From a virus (lineage: Duplodnaviria > Caudoviricetes), in the IMG/VR virus record IMGVR_UViG_3300042923_000914, positions 1 to 40,995 of that record: a DNA stretch of 40,995 nucleotides; one strand, given 5' to 3'. Below the pieces are notes generated by a model that was given only the letters and a program-made list of their open reading frames with translations, ran no database searches and had not been told where the DNA came from. This document shows positions 36,010 through 40,995 of the stretch, in pieces (position 1 is the stretch's first letter; every line of letters starts with the position of its first letter). The translations under genes were made by a program, and so were the position numbers.

Positions 36010-36165
36010 CTAGCTTCTTAATGCCTTTTCATATATTCTTTTTAATGTGTTGTCCATAATTTCTTTTGTAGGTTGCTTTCTTACTATTATTTTGAAACCA
36101 TTTATTACTCCATTGGTAAGAAAGTAATTTCCGTTATTATCAACAAGTAATTTAGGTTTATCCAT
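36010..36165 (-). CDS. 51-aa hypothetical protein, not in the ORF track
   Basis: MDKPKLLVDNNGNYF...; AGGGGG RBS. Confidence 0.65.
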   Translation of the reverse strand: MDKPKLLVDNNGNYFLTNGVINGFKIIVRKQPTKEIMDNTLKRIYEKALRS

Positions 36166-36169
36166 GCCT

Positions 36170-36364
36170 TTACCCCCTAATCGCTTTCAATACTTCATCT
36201 GCACTAACGCTTAGCACTTCGCTTATTTGTTGAATAACTATCCCTCCTGGATTGCATTTCTTTCCAGTATTTAGATTTGATAAATAAACTTTAGATATTC
36301 CTGTAATATCTGATATATCTGTCATTGAAAATCCCTTGTCCTCGCAAAGTTGTCTTAAGCTCAC
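36170..36364 (-). CDS. Cro-like XRE HTH regulator
   Basis: ISKVYLSNLNTGKKCNP; recognition helix resembles that of the CI-like protein (ISNIYLSNLENGIKNNP). Confidence 0.85.
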   Translation of the reverse strand: MSLRQLCEDKGFSMTDISDITGISKVYLSNLNTGKKCNPGGIVIQQISEVLSVSADEVLKAIRG

Positions 36365-36386
36365 GTTTTACACCTCCTTTCAAGCG

Positions 36387-36445
36387 AAATAAAAAGAGCC
36401 GTATAGCTCTTACACTTCAATTAGCGTAAGTAACTACACGGCCCT
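36387..36445 (-). terminator. Long-stem early terminator / attenuator
   Basis: AGGGCCGUGUAGUU pairs with AGCUAUACGGCUCU (3 G-U); inner CUUACGCU/AGUGUAAG stem; U-tract follows. Confidence 0.75.
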
Positions 36446-36680
36446 GGCTCTGGCTCTCAAAATTAACATATTTGTTAATCGGCTCTGGCTCTGGCTCTTT
36501 CATATTTTCGATTTCTAAAGTTCTTGTTTCTATATAACTAAATTCTTTTAAACTAAATACTTTTGGTATTATATAAGTTTCACGACAGAGTTTACAGTAT
36601 AATAGTGAATTTACTGAATCTTCGGTCATATAACCCATCTTTTTCCTGCATTTTAAATGTTTAACCTCATAAATTTTCAT
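36417..36680 (-). CDS. Com-like zinc-finger protein, first sizeable gene of the early operon
   Basis: HxxC..CxxC (HLKC, YCKLCR) spacing as in Mu Com-like proteins. Confidence 0.55.
   Translation of the reverse strand: MKIYEVKHLKCRKKMGYMTEDSVNSLLYCKLCRETYIIPKVFSLKEFSYIETRTLEIENMKEPEPEPINKYVNFESQSQGRVVTYAN
36440..36498 (-). repeat. Two triplets of AGAGCC hexamers flanking a small hairpin
   Basis: GGCTCT x3 at 36481-36498; GGCCCT,GGCTCT,GGCTCT at 36440-36457; ATTAACA/TGTTAAT between. Confidence 0.85.
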
Positions 36681-36872
36681 ACAAACATCACCTTCATTAT
36701 TAATCAGTTCTCCCTTTTATCTTCTACTAGATAGTAGAATTTATTTTTAAATATTTGCACTTCTTCTCCCCCTTAATTGTTAAGTTACAATCCTCATATT
36801 CTGAAACTTTCAACTGTCATTATACATTCCAATTACCTCATTTCATTTTGTTGTTTCCCTGTCCATGTCTAT

Positions 36873-37020
36873 ATATTACTCTATAGATTAAACATGCACA
36901 ACCCTAATTTTAATCTATAGATTAAAATTAGGGTTGATTAACTATGTTTTTCTCTAAATTCCTTAATAATACTTCAAATATTAAATTTATATGCTATAAT
37001 ATTTTTAAACTGTAGATTAA
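36873..37020. promoter_or_regulatory. Lysis-lysogeny switch: divergent promoters and three operators (consensus TTAATCTATAGATTAA)
   Basis: Operators at 36876-36891, 36910-36925 and 37005-37020; leftward TTGTGC-17-TAATAT; rightward TGcTATAAT at 36992-37000. Confidence 0.8.
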
Positions 37021-37036
37021 TAGAGAGGGGATAATA

Positions 37037-37450
37037 ATGTTTGTAGGGGAAAAAATTAAAATCATAAGAGAAAGGAAGGGTATTACTCAGAAAGAATTAG
37101 CTGAAAAGTCAAATATATCCAATATATATCTTTCTAATTTAGAAAATGGGATAAAAAATAATCCGTCTAATAAATTACTAAACAAAATAGCGGATGTTCT
37201 AAATGTAACTATTGATGAATTGAATAATGATGAAGATTATAAAAGAACTTTTGAAGATATAATTGCAGAAATATTAAAAATAAACAATGAAGATGGTATA
37301 AAAACACCGAATTCAGCTTCTATTCTATCTTTAATACAAGAAAAAATTTTAATTGATAAAAATTATAAAATACCAAAAGAGTTAGTAAATATACTTGAAG
37401 ACGCTATAAAATTCGATATGCAAATTGCAAAATTTAAAAATGATAAATAA
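37037..37450 (+). CDS. CI-like XRE repressor without S24 peptidase domain
   Basis: N-terminal HTH; divergent from the early operon. Confidence 0.88.
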   Translation: MFVGEKIKIIRERKGITQKELAEKSNISNIYLSNLENGIKNNPSNKLLNKIADVLNVTIDELNNDEDYKRTFEDIIAEILKINNEDGIKTPNSASILSLIQEKILIDKNYKIPKELVNILEDAIKFDMQIAKFKNDK

Positions 37451-37452
37451 GT

Positions 37453-37611
37453 TCACTTTTTAATTTTATTAGATGAGTATGGATGTTTTTCAATGAAATC
37501 AATAATATTTTTAGGATCTACATAATCACATCCGTACTTGTCCATAATGTCAACAATCAGCTTTACAGATTCAATAATGTTTTTTTGAATCTCCTTGTTT
37601 ACTATTTCCAT
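37453..37611 (-). CDS. 52-aa protein convergent with the repressor, not in the ORF track
   Basis: MEIVNKEIQKNIIESVKLIVDIMDKYGCDY...; AAGGGGTG RBS; TGaTATAAT upstream. Confidence 0.6.
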   Translation of the reverse strand: MEIVNKEIQKNIIESVKLIVDIMDKYGCDYVDPKNIIDFIEKHPYSSNKIKK

Positions 37612-37796
37612 TTAATACACCCCTTCGTGAATTCGTTAACATAATTATATCACAAAAAAATATGCATGCCGTGCATATTTACGACAATTAACATAAATTT
37701 CAAAATGAATTGTAATTTTTTTCTAATATTATTTATTGACTTCATATTGTATAATTATTCTGATTATTATTTTGTCGAAATTTGGAGGGGAAATAA

Positions 37797-38081
37797 TTGG
37801 AATACATAAGAAGAAGTTTAAGATTAACTCAAAAAGAACTCGCAAGTAAGCTCAGGGTAAATCAATCAACAATAAGCAGATGGGAAAAGGGAATAGGTTT
37901 AGAAGGTTTATCAATAAAGGAAATAGTTATTATATCTAATTTATTAGGAATATGCCCGGTTGCAGTAATGTGCTTATTAATTAATTACCTAAAGCACTGT
38001 AATGCGATGGGCGGGGAAATAAAATTTAATGAATGCTATTTAATGAAGAAATATCACAAGGATTTTATGGAGGGAAGATGA
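37797..38081 (+). CDS. XRE HTH protein coupled to integrase
   Basis: LTQKELASKLRVNQSTISRWEKG; TTGACT..TATAAT promoter upstream; ATGA overlap with integrase. Confidence 0.85.
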   Translation: MEYIRRSLRLTQKELASKLRVNQSTISRWEKGIGLEGLSIKEIVIISNLLGICPVAVMCLLINYLKHCNAMGGEIKFNECYLMKKYHKDFMEGR

Positions 38082-39586
38082 AAGTAGCTGTATACACTAG
38101 AAAATCAGTATATAAAGAAGGAGCTATCTCAATAGATACTCAAATAAAAATGTGTAAGGAATATATTTTAAGAGATAATCCTAATGCAGAATTTGAAGTT
38201 TTTGAAGATGAAGGTTTCTCTGGAAAGAATACTAATAGACCTGCATTTAAAAAGATGTTATCTCTAATTAAACTAGGAATGTTTGATACTGTTATTTGTT
38301 ATAAAATAGATAGATTAGCAAGAAATACACTTGATTTTTTAAAAACTTTTGAATTTTTAAAAGAAAATAATGTTTCTCTTGTATCCGTATCGGACGGAAT
38401 AGATCCTAATACTTCTGTGGGAGTTTTGCAATTAACATTGTTAGCAGCCTTTGCACAAATGGAAAGAGAAAATATCCAGGTTAGGGTAAGCGATAATTTG
38501 CTTGAATTAGCTAAGAGTGGGAAGTGGACAGGCGGGTCCGCTCCTATTGGCTATATACAAACCAGTAAAGGAACCCTTGAAATAGAAAATGAAGATATGA
38601 TTAAAGATATCTTTAGGATGAAATATGAGAATAAATCAGTAAATGAAATTATAGAAACTATTAATATTAAATATAATTATAAATTCTCTCAAGCTGCTGT
38701 TCTTAATTCTGTTTTGAGAAAGCCAATACATGTTAAAAGTTCCATAGAAGTTTCTCAATATTTACGCTCCAAGAGATATAAAGTCATAGGTGTAGAAGAT
38801 GGTTTAAACGGCTATTACAACTACAAAGATAAAACAGGGGATTACAGGGTAATAAGTAACACTAAAGCTTGTATAGAGCCTAACATGTGGCTTAGAATTA
38901 ACATGGATATGGATAGATTAAATAAAAGAGAAAACTCTAAGTTTAGCAAAGATTTTTATTTAACTAAAACTTTAGTTTGCCCAGAATGTGGAGGAACTTA
39001 TTTAGGTTGTACTAAAACATGGAATAAAAAATACACACTAAAAGATAAAACTGAAAAGGAATATAAAACAGTAGTAAGTTATTATCATTGTAGAAATAAC
39101 GCTAAAGGAAAGTTAAAAACTTGTGGCAATAATAAAAATATAAGAAAAGAAAAAATAGAAAGTGCAATAGATGAATTAATTCTTTCATTACAAGATGTTT
39201 CTAATTTTGAAAATCTTTATAATAATTCTAAACAAACTAATAATAAGAATGAAATTAAGGTTTTAAACGCTAAAATTAAGGCAATAGAGAAGAATATTAA
39301 TGGGTTAATGGAAAAGGTTATGTTATTAAGTGTAGAAGCTTCTAAAGTCTTTTTAAACAAGATTGAGGAAATAACAGTAGAAAAGTCTAATTTAATAACT
39401 AGAAGAACTGATCTTGAAATTGAAGATATGACAGTAAGTTCTAATACTAAAGAATCTACCTATAGTAAGATAATGCAATACAATAAAGATATGAGCGTAG
39501 AAGAAAAAAGGGAAATATTGATGTATGCATTTGAGAAGATTGTTTATAATCCTAATGATGAAACTCTTGAACTTTTTCTTGTTTAA
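38078..39586 (+). CDS. Large serine integrase
   Basis: YTRKS catalytic Ser, DEGFSG..RP, KIDRLAR, FAQMERE, zinc ribbon CPECG, coiled coil; start moved to ATG 38078 after GGAGGG. Confidence 0.95.
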   Translation: MKVAVYTRKSVYKEGAISIDTQIKMCKEYILRDNPNAEFEVFEDEGFSGKNTNRPAFKKMLSLIKLGMFDTVICYKIDRLARNTLDFLKTFEFLKENNVSLVSVSDGIDPNTSVGVLQLTLLAAFAQMERENIQVRVSDNLLELAKSGKWTGGSAPIGYIQTSKGTLEIENEDMIKDIFRMKYENKSVNEIIETINIKYNYKFSQAAVLNSVLRKPIHVKSSIEVSQYLRSKRYKVIGVEDGLNGYYNYKDKTGDYRVISNTKACIEPNMWLRINMDMDRLNKRENSKFSKDFYLTKTLVCPECGGTYLGCTKTWNKKYTLKDKTEKEYKTVVSYYHCRNNAKGKLKTCGNNKNIRKEKIESAIDELILSLQDVSNFENLYNNSKQTNNKNEIKVLNAKIKAIEKNINGLMEKVMLLSVEASKVFLNKIEEITVEKSNLITRRTDLEIEDMTVSSNTKESTYSKIMQYNKDMSVEEKREILMYAFEKIVYNPNDETLELFLV

Positions 39587-39631
39587 ACAATAATAGGCGA
39601 ACATCCACCTATATTTAATTTATCAAGAAAA
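39574..39631. other. Probable attP
   Basis: 58-bp imperfect inverted repeat centred on CA (39602-39603), arms TTTTCTTG/CAAGAAAA and ATAGG/CCTAT, overlapping the integrase stop. Confidence 0.7.
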
Positions 39632-39673
39632 TATAATTCTATTTTTTATTATTATATACTTATTTGTAAATAT

Positions 39674-39703
39674 AAAAAAGCCTAGAGATTTCTCCCTAGG
39701 CTT
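39674..39703 (-). terminator. Terminator after endolysin
   Basis: AAGCCTAG..CTAGGCTT-TTTT. Confidence 0.8.
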
Positions 39704-39707
39704 AATA

Positions 39708-40502
39708 TTATGCTTCTAAAAGTTTTTTCCAAGTTATTGGTCCGACTATCCCATCTGATCCTATACCAACATTGGATTGAAATTGCTTAACTGTAGAATC
39801 TGTAATAGGTCCAAATGCTCCATCACTATTTAAATTAAATCCTTTTTTCTTTAATAACTCCTGGACAACAAAAGTTATATTTCCTTTAGCCCCTTGTTTT
39901 ACTATAGGAAGTTCAGCCAATGTTTTAGGTCCTATAAGTCCATCCACCGCTAAACCCTTACCAAATTGCTTATTTATTTCAGCTTGTAGTTGTTCAATTA
40001 GTCCTCCTGCTACATATCCATTGTATGTGTTTTGAGATTGTGGAGATGCTGGAGAAGGATTAGATGCTTGGATTCCATTTAATTCATTCATATACTCCAT
40101 TAATGATCCTGGACAGTCTGTAGACATATAATCTTTATGCCCTTTAAATGGTAAGTTCCCATATATACCTCTAATATATGATAGTAACTCTTTTAATGAG
40201 TTTATTTGAGCTTCTGTAGGCTTCTCTTGGGTTAATCTTCCCTCTAGGCATATTCCTATACTATCTGAATTTTCATTGAGTGTATGAGCTCCTAGAACAT
40301 CTAGTGGTCTACCTTGATAAACTTGACCATCTTTTCTAACTAAAAAATGATATCCTATTCCTGCCCAACCATTATTTTTATGCCAGGAGTGGATATCTTC
40401 TACGCTACAAGTAAATGCATCTGCATGATGTCCTATTATTTTATTAGTAGCACCTCTCTTACTTAATGATCCAAAACTTAAATTCTTATCTATTATATGC
40501 AT
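39708..40502 (-). CDS. Endolysin: Amidase_2 plus peptidoglycan-binding domains
   Basis: HH, IGYHF, GAH, GHKD..TDCPG; DG..GP.T repeats. Confidence 0.95.
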   Translation of the reverse strand: MHIIDKNLSFGSLSKRGATNKIIGHHADAFTCSVEDIHSWHKNNGWAGIGYHFLVRKDGQVYQGRPLDVLGAHTLNENSDSIGICLEGRLTQEKPTEAQINSLKELLSYIRGIYGNLPFKGHKDYMSTDCPGSLMEYMNELNGIQASNPSPASPQSQNTYNGYVAGGLIEQLQAEINKQFGKGLAVDGLIGPKTLAELPIVKQGAKGNITFVVQELLKKKGFNLNSDGAFGPITDSTVKQFQSNVGIGSDGIVGPITWKKLLEA

Positions 40503-40516
40503 ATTATCCCTTCTCT

Positions 40517-40765
40517 CTATTGTTCTTTTTGAATTTGCTTGTATAATTGATTTCCTAATACTGTTGCTCCTGTAACTAATATTCCTTGTATAACTGAGTT
40601 AACACTAGCTCCATTTAAAGCTATAGAACCTCCTAAACCTAGTATAAGAAGTATCCAAGGTATTAGTTTGTCTTTAACCTCAGAACCCTTTAAAAACACT
40701 CCTATAACGTATAGAGCAGGAACTAAAATTAATGCATTTTCAGTAATGTATTTCATAATATCCAT
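40517..40765 (-). CDS. Holin
   Basis: ILVPALYVIG, IP.IL, IQGILVTG..NQLYKQ; directly upstream of endolysin. Confidence 0.9.
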   Translation of the reverse strand: MDIMKYITENALILVPALYVIGVFLKGSEVKDKLIPWILLILGLGGSIALNGASVNSVIQGILVTGATVLGNQLYKQIQKEQ

Positions 40766-40783
40766 AATAAATCTCTCCTTTTT

Positions 40784-40893
40784 TTATTTAAAATAAGCTA
40801 AAATTAACCCAAAAATAATGCCGATTACTCCTGTTGCAACCGACATTTTTAGTGAGTTATAATTTCCTTTTGCTGTTTTATCCCATTCTTCCC
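40784..40893 (-). CDS. 3' part of the XhlA-like membrane protein
   Basis: ...WEEWDKTAKGNYNSLKMSVATGVIGIIFGLILAYFK-stop, in frame with 1-244. Confidence 0.75.
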
Positions 40894-40995
40894 ATCGTTT
40901 TTCTAGCTTCTCTAAAAATATATTTATAGTAGAAACCTTTTGATTTATTTCTTTAACATCACTTTTTATCTCAGAGAAGGTTTTAGAATTTTGTA
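40894..40995 (+). repeat. Terminal direct repeat, right copy (assembly overlap)
   Basis: Identical to 1-102. Confidence 0.95.

Larger units (their letters stand above)
1..40893. mobile_element. Complete temperate siphophage genome (circular assembly), probable Clostridium-type host
   Basis: Full set of lysogeny, replication, packaging, head, tail and lysis modules, no host genes, terminal overlap, intact attP-like site. Confidence 0.93.

Noticed and set aside
36703-36866. Very short ORFs in the early leader (MDRETTK, MYNDS and an 18-codon GTG ORF)
   Set aside because: Too short to support without conservation or ribosome data, although the 18-codon one has a good RBS.
39392-39604. 70-aa minus-strand ORF over the integrase 3' end
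   Set aside because: Shadow ORF starting inside attP with no clear RBS.
40894-40995. Terminal repeat as physical genome ends or attL/attR
   Set aside because: It lies inside a gene that reads through the join and does not coincide with attP; it fits an assembler overlap.

Overview
The window looks like a complete, circularly assembled temperate siphophage genome from a low-GC Firmicute, most likely a Clostridium-type host (inferred from gene families and RBS style). Bases 1-102 repeat exactly at 40894-40995, giving a ~40,893-bp circle, and one lysis gene reads across the join. Nearly all genes are on the minus strand: early regulators, ERF/Gp157 recombination, replisome organiser plus DnaB, an accessory region, late activator, terminase, SPP1-like head, tail with a beta-helix tailspike, a Wzy/O-antigen-ligase-family moron, and lysis genes. 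The plus strand carries the CI-like repressor, a second XRE regulator and a large serine integrase with an attP-like inverted repeat. The most unusual signals are non-coding. (1) Accessory genes are each preceded by the same motif TGAAATTATTGYGAGGGAG, and one 502-bp cassette splits a palindromic 12-6-12 site, which suggests an integron-like cassette system. (2) That cassette carries an rRNA-type boxA plus an 18-nt sequence complementary to its own terminator ~400 nt downstream. (3) A ~600-nt late-leader RNA array holds tRNA-like elements, long hairpins and anti-RBS segments. (4) AGAGCC repeats flank a hairpin and terminator at the end of a Com-like zinc-finger gene. All functions are assigned by eye from motifs and synteny; no searches were run.
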